Source: Gemmatimonadales bacterium (GTDB taxonomy: Bacteria > Gemmatimonadota > Gemmatimonadetes > Gemmatimonadales > GWC2-71-9). From it: a stretch of DNA of 64,000 bases. Within the stretch, counting starts at the first letter, position 1. Every line of letters begins with the position of its first letter. Made by a program: the position numbers and the translations under genes. Of the stretch, positions 26,193-34,870 are shown piece by piece. The notes beneath the pieces were generated by a model. That model was not told where the DNA came from. It searched no databases and was given only the letters and a program-made list of their open reading frames with translations. The stretch is taken from positions 931-64,930 of the forward strand of contig JBDTMI010000001.1 of NCBI GenBank assembly GCA_039934355.1. Direction: 5' to 3'.

Positions 26193-27222
26193 GCTCTCCG
26201 CCCAGCAGCCCCTCACCCCCCCGTCCCACTTCCAGAAGCTGGCCCACACCTACAGCATCGTCGCGTGGGACTCTCTCACCGGGGACCTCGGCGTCGTGGT
26301 CGAATCGAAGTTCCCCAATGTCGGAGGGATCGTGCCGTGGGGGATCGCCGGGGTGGGCGCCGTGGCCACGCAGAGCCTCGGCAACACCGCCTACGGGGAG
26401 CGCGGCCTCGAGCTGATTGCCGAGGGCGCCACCGCGGAGGAAGCGCTTCGTATCATCATGCGCACCGACACCATGCTGCAGGACCGGCAGGTCGGGATGA
26501 TCGATGCGCACGGCAACTCGGCCAGCTTCACCGGGACGCGGACCTTCGATTGGGCCGGGGGCCGAGTCGGGTGTGGCGCGCTGATACCGGCGGCCGCCGA
26601 CTCGGTGCGGGTGGAAGGTGCGCTGTCGCGTCCAGGGTGCCAGGTGCTGGGTGGCAAGGGCGCGGTGATCGCGGGACACGGCTACGCCGCCCAGGCCAAC
26701 ATCATGGTGGCGGACCTGACGGTGAAGAATCTGGCCGAGACGTTTGAACGTTCGACCGGATCACTGGCGGATCGACTGATGGCGGCACTCAAGGCGGGGC
26801 AGGCGGGGGGAGGCGACCGGCGAGGGATGCAGTCGGCGGCGCTGCTCGTGGTGCGGAAGCAGGGCGGCTATCTTGGCGCCAACGACCGGTTCATCGACAT
26901 CCGGGTGTACGACGCGGTCGACCCGATCGCGGAACTCGAGCGGCTGCTGGCGTTGCATAAGCTGCACTTCTTTCCCAGCGAACCCGCCGACCTGACGAAG
27001 ATCACGCCTGGGATCGTGCGACAGCTCGAGCCGATCCTCCTCGCTGAGCCGCTGGGCCAGTCGGAGAAGTGGCTCAAGACCGCGACCGGCACAGCCACCC
27101 CGACCTTTCTCGCCGCGCTGCGCGACTTCATGTACTGGGAGAATTACGATGTCCGCGTCCGGATGGACGGGATGATCGACCGCGTTGTCCTGCAGGATGT
27201 CCTCCGGAAGCGGCACCACTGA
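26104..27222 (+). CDS. DUF1028 family (Ntn-hydrolase fold) protein with a C-terminal peptidoglycan-binding-like domain
   Basis: TYSIVAWDSLTGDLGVVVESKFPNVGGIVPWGIAGVGAVATQS matches the DUF1028 N-terminal nucleophile region. The start is taken at ATG 26104 (the track starts at 26038). Confidence 0.75.
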   Translation: MVAQCPPAGAACIATLLGFSLSLFTLPLSPLSAQQPLTPPSHFQKLAHTYSIVAWDSLTGDLGVVVESKFPNVGGIVPWGIAGVGAVATQSLGNTAYGERGLELIAEGATAEEALRIIMRTDTMLQDRQVGMIDAHGNSASFTGTRTFDWAGGRVGCGALIPAAADSVRVEGALSRPGCQVLGGKGAVIAGHGYAAQANIMVADLTVKNLAETFERSTGSLADRLMAALKAGQAGGGDRRGMQSAALLVVRKQGGYLGANDRFIDIRVYDAVDPIAELERLLALHKLHFFPSEPADLTKITPGIVRQLEPILLAEPLGQSEKWLKTATGTATPTFLAALRDFMYWENYDVRVRMDGMIDRVVLQDVLRKRHH

Positions 27223-27289
27223 CCCGCGCATTCCCGCGCGCACGAACGCCTTTCACTTTTATCCACGCCAGGAGTACCGCTTGGCTACC

Positions 27290-28993
27290 ATGACCGGCTC
27301 GCACGGCAATCCCGACGCCGACCCCACCGACACCGCTTTCTTTGGCCACCCGCGCGGCTTGTCGACGCTGTTCTTCGTCGAACTGTGGGAACGCTTCAGC
27401 TACTACGGCATGCGCGCGATTCTGATCCTCTTCATGACCGCGACCCTCGCTGAAGGAGGGCTGGGATTTGACACGGCCAAGGGCGGGCTGATCATCGGAA
27501 CCTATGCCGGACTGGTGTATCTGGCCGCCGTGCCAGGCGGCTGGCTCGCCGACAAGTTCATCGGACTCAGACGCGCGGTGCTTTATGGCGGCATCATCAT
27601 CATGCTGGGTCATGTCGCCCTCGCCATCCCGACGGTGGCGAGTTTCTATCTCGGCCTCGCCCTGGTGATCATCGGGACCGGCCTGCTGAAGCCGAATATC
27701 AGCGCCATGGTGGGCTCGCTCTACACGCCCGAGGATCACCGCCGCGACGCCGGTTTTTCCATTTATTACATGGGCATCAATCTCGGCGCCTTCCTCTCGC
27801 CCCTGGTCGTCGGCTGGCTGGCCCAGAGCCCCGCGTGGAAGACCGCACTCGCCGGCTTCGGGATCGCGCCCGAATCCTCCTGGCACTGGGGCTTCGGCGC
27901 CTCGGCGATCGGCATGTTCTGCGGTGTGGTCTGGTACCTGGTGGGATGGCGGCACCTGGGCGATTCGGGGATGGTCCCCGCACCACCCACCGCGACCGAT
28001 ACGCATCAGAGCCGGCGACGCATCCTGACGATCGGGCTTCTGCTGATCGTGGGACTGATCGGGCTCCTCGCGGTGCTCACGCGGAGCGGGGCGATCGTGC
28101 TCACGCCGGAAAAGGTGTCGAAGACCTTTGGCGCCATCCTCGCCTTTACCCCGCTCGTGCTCTTCCCGGCGCTCTTCCTCTTTGGCGGCTATGACCGACA
28201 GGAGAAGAAGCAGCTGATCGTCATCATGGTGCTGTTCTTCGGGGCCGCGGTGTTCTGGTCGGTCTTCGAGCAGGCGGCGAGCACGCTGAACCTATTCGCC
28301 ACCCGCAACACCGACCTCACTATCACTCGCGGCTTCGCCATCGCGATGGGGCTGACACTGCTGCTCCCCGCCGCCCTCGCCATACGGTGGTATCGCGCGC
28401 TTCCGGTAAAGGCGCCGATGGCGCTGGGATTCGCGGCAATGGTCACAGTACTGAGCCTCGGGGCGATCTACTACCTGTTTACCCACCAGGGCGAGGCGTT
28501 CGAGTCATCCTACTTCCAGTCGGCCAATGCCCTGTTCATCATCGTGCTGGCGCCGCTCTTCGCCACGCTCTGGGTGACCCTCGGTGACCGGGAACCGTCC
28601 AGCCCGGCGAAATTCGCCGTGGGTCTGCTGTTCGTGGCGCTGGGGTTCGCGATTCTCATCATCGCCGCACGGCTCTCGGCCAATGGCATCAAGGTCAGCC
28701 CGCTCTGGCTGGTCGCCACCTACTTCCTGCACACTATCGGCGAGCTGTGTCTCTCCCCGGTGGGCCTCTCCGCCATGACCCGCCTCGCCCCGCAGCGCAT
28801 CGTCGGGCTGGTGCTCGGCATCTGGTTCCTCGCGACCTCGCTGGGCAACTACATGGCCGGGTTCGCGGCCAGTCTCTACGAGACGATGCCCCTCTCCACG
28901 CTCTTCGCCGTCGTGACCGGCATCGCGCTGGCGGCGACGATCGTGCTGGCGATGCTGATCGGACCGATCAAGCGGATGCTGGCGCGGGGGTAG
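27290..28993 (+). CDS. Proton-dependent oligopeptide transporter (POT/PTR2 family)
   Basis: Internal ATG at 27290 in track ORF 27185..28993. Signature FFVELWERFSYYGMRAILILFM. About 14 TM segments. Confidence 0.9.
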   Translation: MTGSHGNPDADPTDTAFFGHPRGLSTLFFVELWERFSYYGMRAILILFMTATLAEGGLGFDTAKGGLIIGTYAGLVYLAAVPGGWLADKFIGLRRAVLYGGIIIMLGHVALAIPTVASFYLGLALVIIGTGLLKPNISAMVGSLYTPEDHRRDAGFSIYYMGINLGAFLSPLVVGWLAQSPAWKTALAGFGIAPESSWHWGFGASAIGMFCGVVWYLVGWRHLGDSGMVPAPPTATDTHQSRRRILTIGLLLIVGLIGLLAVLTRSGAIVLTPEKVSKTFGAILAFTPLVLFPALFLFGGYDRQEKKQLIVIMVLFFGAAVFWSVFEQAASTLNLFATRNTDLTITRGFAIAMGLTLLLPAALAIRWYRALPVKAPMALGFAAMVTVLSLGAIYYLFTHQGEAFESSYFQSANALFIIVLAPLFATLWVTLGDREPSSPAKFAVGLLFVALGFAILIIAARLSANGIKVSPLWLVATYFLHTIGELCLSPVGLSAMTRLAPQRIVGLVLGIWFLATSLGNYMAGFAASLYETMPLSTLFAVVTGIALAATIVLAMLIGPIKRMLARG

Positions 28994-29082
28994 GAAGCGG
29001 ACGCCCGGGTGTCAGCGGTGTGAGGGTGATCGCCCCCGGACGCCCAACGGCGCGGCGGCCGTCACACAGTCCCGGGACCCGC

Positions 29083-29256
29083 ATGCCCTCATGGTTTTCC
29101 AGGCGAGCACGGTTCGCCGTGCCCGGCGGGAGCACCATTGCCCTCGGACTGCTGGTGCATCGGAGAGGCGCGTTCCTTACGCCGCCGCTGCGCGACGTGC
29201 TTGGTGACGCCCTCTGGGCGACTACGACACTCCCTTCACCTGTGCCTTCGACTTGA
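29083..29256 (+). pseudogene. N-terminal remnant of a DUF2809-like gene
   Basis: MPSWFSRRARFAVPGGSTIALGLLVHRRGAFLTPPLRDVLGDALWA... matches the start of DUF2809 (the GDxLWA motif). It then diverges and stops after 57 codons, overlapping the cydB 3' end. Confidence 0.3.
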
Positions 29257-30244
29257 AAATCCGGAACAGGTAGAAGAGGGACGGCAGCAGGACGATCGCC
29301 CCGAGCCCGAGCGCGCCCAGAGTCAGCTTAAGGGTGATGAGCGGCGCGGCGGCATCGGCAATCGAGAGCGACGGTGGCAGCATCCACGGGTACTGGCTCA
29401 GGGCCCAACCCCAGAGAATCCCGCTTACCTGGGCCACCGCCGCGAGGCGGGCCACCCGCCACCGGCGCTGCCACAGCGCCCCGAGCGCGATCGTCGCCGT
29501 CACACCGACGGCCAGATGGAATGGCATCGCACCAGGGGCGGTGACGAGGCCGTTCCAGACCAGCGGTGCGCCTTGCCATGCCAGGACCAGGGTCACTAGC
29601 GCCATGACGAACACCCCGCCGCCGCTCCACAGCGCCCGGCGGCGGAAGTCCTCCCGCAGTTCCGTCTCACAGGTTTCGTTCGTGAGGTAGACAGCCGCGA
29701 GGAATGCGAACAGCGCGAGGGTGAAGCCACCGACGCTCGCGGCAAACGGGGTGAGCCAGGGGGCCACGAAGTCGGCGACGAAGCCCTCCCCCGACGGGCG
29801 CTGCACCCGTCCCGCCGCGACGGCTCCCACGCCCACGCCCAGCAGCAGCGGCGTGACCAGGCTGGAAATGGCGAAGACCCGGCCCCAGCGACGTTGCGCC
29901 AGGCTGTCCTGCCCGCCGTAGCTGCGAAAGATGAAGGCCGATCCCCGCAACACAATGCCGATGAGAATCAGCGTGAGAGGAATGTGCAGGGCGATCACGA
30001 TTCGGCTGAATGCCGGCGGAAAGCAGGTGAACAGCAGCACGACGACGAGGATGAGCCAGACGTGATTGGCCTCCCACACCGGTCCCAGCGCGTTGGCGAT
30101 GACGGCGCGCTGACGCTCGCGCCGCGAGCCCTGCGCGAAGAGATCCCACACCCCACCACCGAAGTCCGCCCCCGCCAGCAGCACATACGCCGTCATCGCG
30201 AGGAGAATCGCGCCGGCCAGCAGATCCGCCGCCGTCAGGCTCAT
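29222..30244 (-). CDS. cydB: Cytochrome bd ubiquinol oxidase subunit II
   Basis: Internal ATG at 30244 overlaps the cydA stop as ATGA. The N-terminus is MSLTAADLLAGAILLAMTAYVLLAGADFGGGVWDL...GPVWEANHVWLI. Confidence 0.9.
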   Translation of the reverse strand: MSLTAADLLAGAILLAMTAYVLLAGADFGGGVWDLFAQGSRRERQRAVIANALGPVWEANHVWLILVVVLLFTCFPPAFSRIVIALHIPLTLILIGIVLRGSAFIFRSYGGQDSLAQRRWGRVFAISSLVTPLLLGVGVGAVAAGRVQRPSGEGFVADFVAPWLTPFAASVGGFTLALFAFLAAVYLTNETCETELREDFRRRALWSGGGVFVMALVTLVLAWQGAPLVWNGLVTAPGAMPFHLAVGVTATIALGALWQRRWRVARLAAVAQVSGILWGWALSQYPWMLPPSLSIADAAAPLITLKLTLGALGLGAIVLLPSLFYLFRIFKSKAQVKGVS

Positions 30245-31584
30245 GGCGTCCCTCCCGATCGCGGGACATGGACCCGGTGCCACTCCCGTTCGTGCGGGCT
30301 GCGAATGATCTGGGTGTACAATAGCCAGGCCACGACGACGCCGAGGAAGAAGTAGAGCGCGGTGAACGTGACGAAGGTGTAGGCCAGGCCGGGCATCGGA
30401 GTCACCGCGGCGCTGGTCCGCATCACGTTGTAGATGATCCACGGCTGGCGACCGACTTCCGTGACAGTCCAGCCGGCCTCGATGGCGATGAACCCCATGG
30501 GCGCGGCGAGGGCCGTGAGCGTCAAGAACCGACGGTCGGCGGCGAGATCATGCCCGCGGAACAACTTGAACAGCGCCCACAGCGCGACCAGCGCCATGAG
30601 CGAGCCGAGCGCGATCATCGTCTGGAAGGCGAGGTGCACCGTTGGCACGTGGGGCCAGTCGGCCCGGGGGACCGAATCGAGTCCGGTCACCACCCGTTTC
30701 GGATCATGATGGAGGAGCAAGGAAAGCCCGGCCGGGATCTCGAGGCCCCAGTGCGTCGACCGGGATTCCATGTCCGGCAGACCGCCGATGAGGAACGGGG
30801 CGCCCGCCTGGGTCGTGAACAGCGCTTCCATCGCCGCGAGCTTGGCCGGCTGATGCTCGGCGATATTCCGTGCGCTGATGTCGCCGGAGAGAGGTTGCAG
30901 CAGCGCGGCGGGGGCTCCGACCATCAGGCCGATGGTGAGGGCACGCCGGTGAAAGGCGTTCAGGGGATCGCGCCGGAGGAGAAACGCGTGAATGCCGGCG
31001 ACGGCCAGCCCGGTCGCGGCGTACGAGGCGAGCGTCATGTGCAGCACCTGCTGGATCGCCGCACTATTCGCCATCGCGGCGAGCGGATCGAGATCGGTGA
31101 ACCGGCCGTCGACCAGGGTGAAGCCAGTCGGCGCGTTCATCCAGGCATTGGCGATCACGACGAAGACACCCGACACGACGCCGCTGATCGCGACGATGAT
31201 ACCGGCGAGCAGGTGGGCGCGCGGCGAGATCCGGTCCCAGCCATACAGATAGATGCCGAGGAAGATCGCCTCGGTGAAGAAGGCAAAGCCCTCGAGCGAG
31301 AACGGCATGCCGATGATCGGGCCCGCCAGCTCCATGAAGCCGGGCCACAGCAGCCCGAGCTCGAAGCTGAGCACGGTGCCCGAGACCGCGCCCACCGCGA
31401 AGAGGATCGCCGTGCCTCGGCTCCATCGCCGGGCGAGCTCGAGGTCGATCGGGTCGCCGGAGCGCCGCCAGCGCGCTTCGGCGATGACCATGAGCAGCGG
31501 CATGCCGATGCCGACGACGGCGAACAGGATGTGGAATCCCAGCGACATGGCCATCTGGGAGCGGGCAGCGAAGAGATCGGTCAC
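30241..31584 (-). CDS. cydA: Cytochrome bd ubiquinol oxidase subunit I
   Basis: Track ORF of 447 aa. MTDLFAARSQMAMSLGFHILFAVVGIGMPLLM... is a typical CydA N-terminus. Multi-pass membrane protein. Confidence 0.9.
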   Translation of the reverse strand: MTDLFAARSQMAMSLGFHILFAVVGIGMPLLMVIAEARWRRSGDPIDLELARRWSRGTAILFAVGAVSGTVLSFELGLLWPGFMELAGPIIGMPFSLEGFAFFTEAIFLGIYLYGWDRISPRAHLLAGIIVAISGVVSGVFVVIANAWMNAPTGFTLVDGRFTDLDPLAAMANSAAIQQVLHMTLASYAATGLAVAGIHAFLLRRDPLNAFHRRALTIGLMVGAPAALLQPLSGDISARNIAEHQPAKLAAMEALFTTQAGAPFLIGGLPDMESRSTHWGLEIPAGLSLLLHHDPKRVVTGLDSVPRADWPHVPTVHLAFQTMIALGSLMALVALWALFKLFRGHDLAADRRFLTLTALAAPMGFIAIEAGWTVTEVGRQPWIIYNVMRTSAAVTPMPGLAYTFVTFTALYFFLGVVVAWLLYTQIIRSPHEREWHRVHVPRSGGTP

Positions 31585-31604
31585 GCAGACAATCTAGCCG
31601 GGGC

Positions 31605-33128
31605 TCACCCCCAGTCGACGCCGAGCCACCGCCAGACCTCACCGAGGGGACGCTTCGGCTGGCGGCACACGAAGATGGGCACGTCCTGCTCTTCATCCAC
31701 GCCGAGAGGATTGTGGCTGCGGGCGGCGAGCGTCACCTCACCGAACAGCCGGCCGAGGTCCGCTGCGTCGTCGCCAATGACAATCACGACGTCGCCTGAC
31801 CGCTCCCCCGGACCCCAGTGGTAGAAGTCGCCGTGGGTGCTGATGGGGTAGGGCAGCCCCAGGGCCGGCCCGTAGAGCGCCACCGCCGCGGCTCGGCCGT
31901 AGTTGTCGCCCACGATCACCGCGCCGGCCTGCTCCGACGGCGGGAGGGCATGGAACACCTCTGCCACGACATCGACCTGTTCGCGCCAGCCCGTCATGTC
32001 GGCGTAGTCCTGCGGCAGCGCGAGCGCGGTCCCGTAGTTGGTCGTCACCACGCGACTGAGGCCGAGCCGTGCAGCGTAACGGATCATCTGCGCCGGTGGG
32101 AGCAACGGGATGCCGATCGGCAGGAGCAACATCCCACCGCAGGCGAGGACGATCACGGTTGTCACCCAGAGCCGGCGACGCGAGGAGAGCCATTGTCCGG
32201 CGACGACCGCGCCGGCCGCGAGGAGCGCGGGATGCATCGGACCGAAGTAGTACTCCTTCCCCCGTTCGACGAGGAGCAGTGCGAACGCGATGGCGGCAAC
32301 GAGCAGCACGCTGCGATAGGGACGGAGCGTCGCACTCCATCCCAGCCCTGCCACGCCGACGATCAGGAGCGGCGCGGCGATGCCCGTCAGCAGGAACTGC
32401 CCGGTGATGAACCCGGTCGCGGTAACATGCTCCAGCTGGGTCTCGCGCAGCACCTGCACCTGCGCGAAGATCGGCCAGCCCCAGTGTTGCTGACCGAGGA
32501 ACGACGGCGCCGCGAGGACTAGCGTGATCGTCCCGGCGAGCCAGGGCCACCGGGTGACGAGGTCCCGCCGCAGTGGTGAGGCAAGAATCCCCACCACAAG
32601 TGCGACCCCGAACACGACTCCACTGAGCTTGGTCATCGCCGAGAGCCCCACGGCGAGGCCGAGGAGGAGCCACCAGGTTCTGGGTCGGCCCGCGAGCAGG
32701 GCGACCAGCGCCAGCGTCGCGAGGCACCACCAGAGCTGCTCGAAGACGACCGGCTGGAACAGCACCCCGGTGCGCATGAACAGCGGCGCCACCAGCAGGC
32801 TCAAGGCGGCGAGCACCTGCGCATGCGCTCCGCCACCCAGTATGGCGGTGAGTCGCGCCGTCAGCAGGATCAGGCCGACGAGGGCGAGCGCGGGGAGCAG
32901 GTGGATGGCGGTGAGCAGGCTGAATGGGAGCAGCCGGGCGACCTGAGCCAGCATCGCGATCATGGGCGGAAACTGCATACGGAGAAAATCGAGGTGATCC
33001 CCCATGGCGAGGTAGAACAGTTCGTCCCGATGGAATTCGTATCCGGATCTGGGCAGGAGGTGCAGGATCAGGGAAAGCAGCGCGACGATCCAGACGGCGC
33101 GCGGCAGTGGATCAGACCGATCCTGCAT
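31605..33128 (-). CDS. GT-C glycosyltransferase (family 39/83, ArnT/PMT-like)
   Basis: Track ORF of 507 aa. The N-terminal loop motif is YEFHRDELFYLAMGDHL. It has more than 10 TM segments followed by a soluble C-terminal domain. Confidence 0.75.
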   Translation of the reverse strand: MQDRSDPLPRAVWIVALLSLILHLLPRSGYEFHRDELFYLAMGDHLDFLRMQFPPMIAMLAQVARLLPFSLLTAIHLLPALALVGLILLTARLTAILGGGAHAQVLAALSLLVAPLFMRTGVLFQPVVFEQLWWCLATLALVALLAGRPRTWWLLLGLAVGLSAMTKLSGVVFGVALVVGILASPLRRDLVTRWPWLAGTITLVLAAPSFLGQQHWGWPIFAQVQVLRETQLEHVTATGFITGQFLLTGIAAPLLIVGVAGLGWSATLRPYRSVLLVAAIAFALLLVERGKEYYFGPMHPALLAAGAVVAGQWLSSRRRLWVTTVIVLACGGMLLLPIGIPLLPPAQMIRYAARLGLSRVVTTNYGTALALPQDYADMTGWREQVDVVAEVFHALPPSEQAGAVIVGDNYGRAAAVALYGPALGLPYPISTHGDFYHWGPGERSGDVVIVIGDDAADLGRLFGEVTLAARSHNPLGVDEEQDVPIFVCRQPKRPLGEVWRWLGVDWG

Positions 33129-33201
33129 GCGATTTCCTGTGAGAGTGGGTCGGCGCCATGTACGCCGTGGATTGGGCTCGAGTTTCAGGTCGCAACAAAC
33201 C

Positions 33202-33774
33202 TTAGGGGTACCTGCTGTGCAGGTCGGTGATCACCCCACAAGCGATCCGCACGCCAGAATTTCCGGTTGGATCGGTCAGCTCATCGTCCGGGTCAGCGTG
33301 AATGACCAGCGCCGTCCCGGGCCCGGCGATCGACGGGGCCGGCGGCTGAAGCGTGACGGCGGCGATCAGCACGCGAGCGCGTCCGACACCCTTCGGGTCT
33401 ATCACCAGGTTGGGGAGATCGCCCTGGTGAGCGCCGAGGGGGTTCTTGTGGCCATGTTGTCTGGAGGCGGGGTTCAGGTGACCGGCGGCAGTAGTGAATG
33501 CCGGTGCCTCGCAGAGGCCCGCGTCATGGAGGTGCATACCGTGCATTCCCGGGGGCATCCCGGCGACGAAAACATCGAGTTGTACGCCGGCCCCGGTTTC
33601 GACGGCACTGACCTGGCCGACACGGCGGCCGGCGGAATCGATGATGGCAAACGTGACGCGCGATGCGGCATGGGTGGCGACGCTCCCGGCCGGAGTCGGG
33701 GAGGTGGAGTCGGTGGAGCGGGAATGACAGGCACCGAGCAGGAGCAGCAGCGAAAGCGCGGAGAAACGCGTCAT
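33202..33774 (-). CDS. sodC: Periplasmic Cu/Zn superoxide dismutase, lipoprotein
   Basis: Lipobox LLLGAC. Metal ligands HGMHLHDAGLC, GHLNP...HGHKNPLGAHQGDLPNL and LVIHADPDD...GNSGVRIACGVI. Confidence 0.9.
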   Translation of the reverse strand: MTRFSALSLLLLLGACHSRSTDSTSPTPAGSVATHAASRVTFAIIDSAGRRVGQVSAVETGAGVQLDVFVAGMPPGMHGMHLHDAGLCEAPAFTTAAGHLNPASRQHGHKNPLGAHQGDLPNLVIDPKGVGRARVLIAAVTLQPPAPSIAGPGTALVIHADPDDELTDPTGNSGVRIACGVITDLHSRYP

Positions 33775-34319
33775 GGGTCACTCGCGGAATGGTTGGTATC
33801 GGCGGGAAGATTGGCCTGGCTCCCGGACCAGGGGACGCGCTCGAGGGCGGTCCAGAGTTCAATGATGTTGCGGCGGTTCTGACCGAGATCGCTCTTGCCG
33901 ACGCGCGAGCCACTGCGTACCAGGAGGGCGCTCTTGTCGTCGCGCGTCTCGACCACGATGTACAGGTCATCCACGAAGCGAAAGAGCCGAGTGGTTCGTG
34001 TCACCCACAACACGGCCCCACTGGTATCTTGCACCCGCCACCGTGGAAGGGAGAGGACCGCGCCGATGACGCGCTTGCGAACTTCAGCCGGTGGTGCGGA
34101 ATACAGATGCGGTCGGAGGGCGGAGTCGGCGTGACCTTCTTCGGTAAGTGCGACATTTCGCCCCTGGCCCTGGGCGAGCAGGGCGCGGAAGTCGGCCTCG
34201 GAAGGGGTGGGATGGGGGACCGCCACGGTACAACCTCCAGCCAGTAGAAGCAGGCAGCTCAGGATCGGGAGGCGGGAGACGCGCAGGGAGTACCGGGGCG
34301 GGGCCCCGAGGTTCCTCAT
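33771..34319 (-). CDS. DUF1499 family lipoprotein
   Basis: Internal ATG at 34319 with lipobox LLLAGGC. TRLFRFVDDLYIVVE...VRSGSRVGKSDLGQNRRNIIEL matches DUF1499. It overlaps the sodC start as ATGA. Confidence 0.65.
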   Translation of the reverse strand: MRNLGAPPRYSLRVSRLPILSCLLLLAGGCTVAVPHPTPSEADFRALLAQGQGRNVALTEEGHADSALRPHLYSAPPAEVRKRVIGAVLSLPRWRVQDTSGAVLWVTRTTRLFRFVDDLYIVVETRDDKSALLVRSGSRVGKSDLGQNRRNIIELWTALERVPWSGSQANLPADTNHSASDP

Positions 34320-34465
34320 CTCGCCTACCCATCTTGCCGAGTGCTGGTGGGTTGGCACTATCGGTCCTTCCGGGGCCAGATCGTACGTCGCGCGGCCCGT
34401 GGGAAATCCATGCACCGGCGGCACTTGCAGAACAATACCGGATTCGCCGCTGAACTGGCGGCGCT

Positions 34466-34481
34466 GGGCACCCGACTTGCT
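34466..34481 (+). promoter_or_regulatory. Sigma-54 (-24/-12) promoter
   Basis: GGGCAC-CCGAC-TTGCT against the consensus TGGCAC-N5-TTGCW. The GG (34467-68) and GC (34479-80) have exact spacing. It lies 37 nt upstream of ATG 34517, with AGGAGGGG as the SD in between. Confidence 0.6.
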
Positions 34482-34516
34482 CTTTTCGACTTGGTTCCCG
34501 AATTCAGGAGGGGGTC

Positions 34517-34864
34517 ATGAAATTCATGCTCGTGGTCGCGCTGCTCCTTGGCGGCGCGTGGTACGTCGTGAAGACGCAGCTTCCGCAGCCGGGGCAGGGA
34601 CCGCAAGCCGCCTCAGGCAAACGCGCGGCCGGCGCGGTGCTGCAGGCGATCGACTACTACAAATCTGCGCGACAGGTCTATCCGCAGGGGCTGGAAGACA
34701 TGATCCCGGAATTCCTCTCCGGGATGCCGCACGTCGCCGACGGCGTGTCGATCGAGTATCAGCGCCTCGGGTCGAACTTCAAGCTGACCTTCAACTATCG
34801 CAACCCGCTGCCGGTCCACTGCAGCTTCGAACCTGCCACGCAGTGGGTGTGCGAGTGGTTCTGA
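34517..34864 (+). CDS. Small N-terminally anchored exported protein, unknown function
   Basis: Track ORF of 115 aa: MKFMLVVALLLGGAWYVV... followed by a soluble domain with two Cys residues. Strong SD. Confidence 0.6.
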   Translation: MKFMLVVALLLGGAWYVVKTQLPQPGQGPQAASGKRAAGAVLQAIDYYKSARQVYPQGLEDMIPEFLSGMPHVADGVSIEYQRLGSNFKLTFNYRNPLPVHCSFEPATQWVCEWF

Positions 34865-34870
34865 GCTGAG

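Noticed and set aside
28994-29221. Search for a cydX-type small subunit downstream of cydB
   Set aside because: The only minus-strand ORF there (MHQQSEGNGAPAGHGEPCSPGKP) is hydrophilic with no TM helix.
34351-34368. Second sigma-54-like match, TTGGCACTATCGGTCC
   Set aside because: The -24 half is good, but there is no GC dinucleotide at the -12 position. It also lies far from any plus-strand start.
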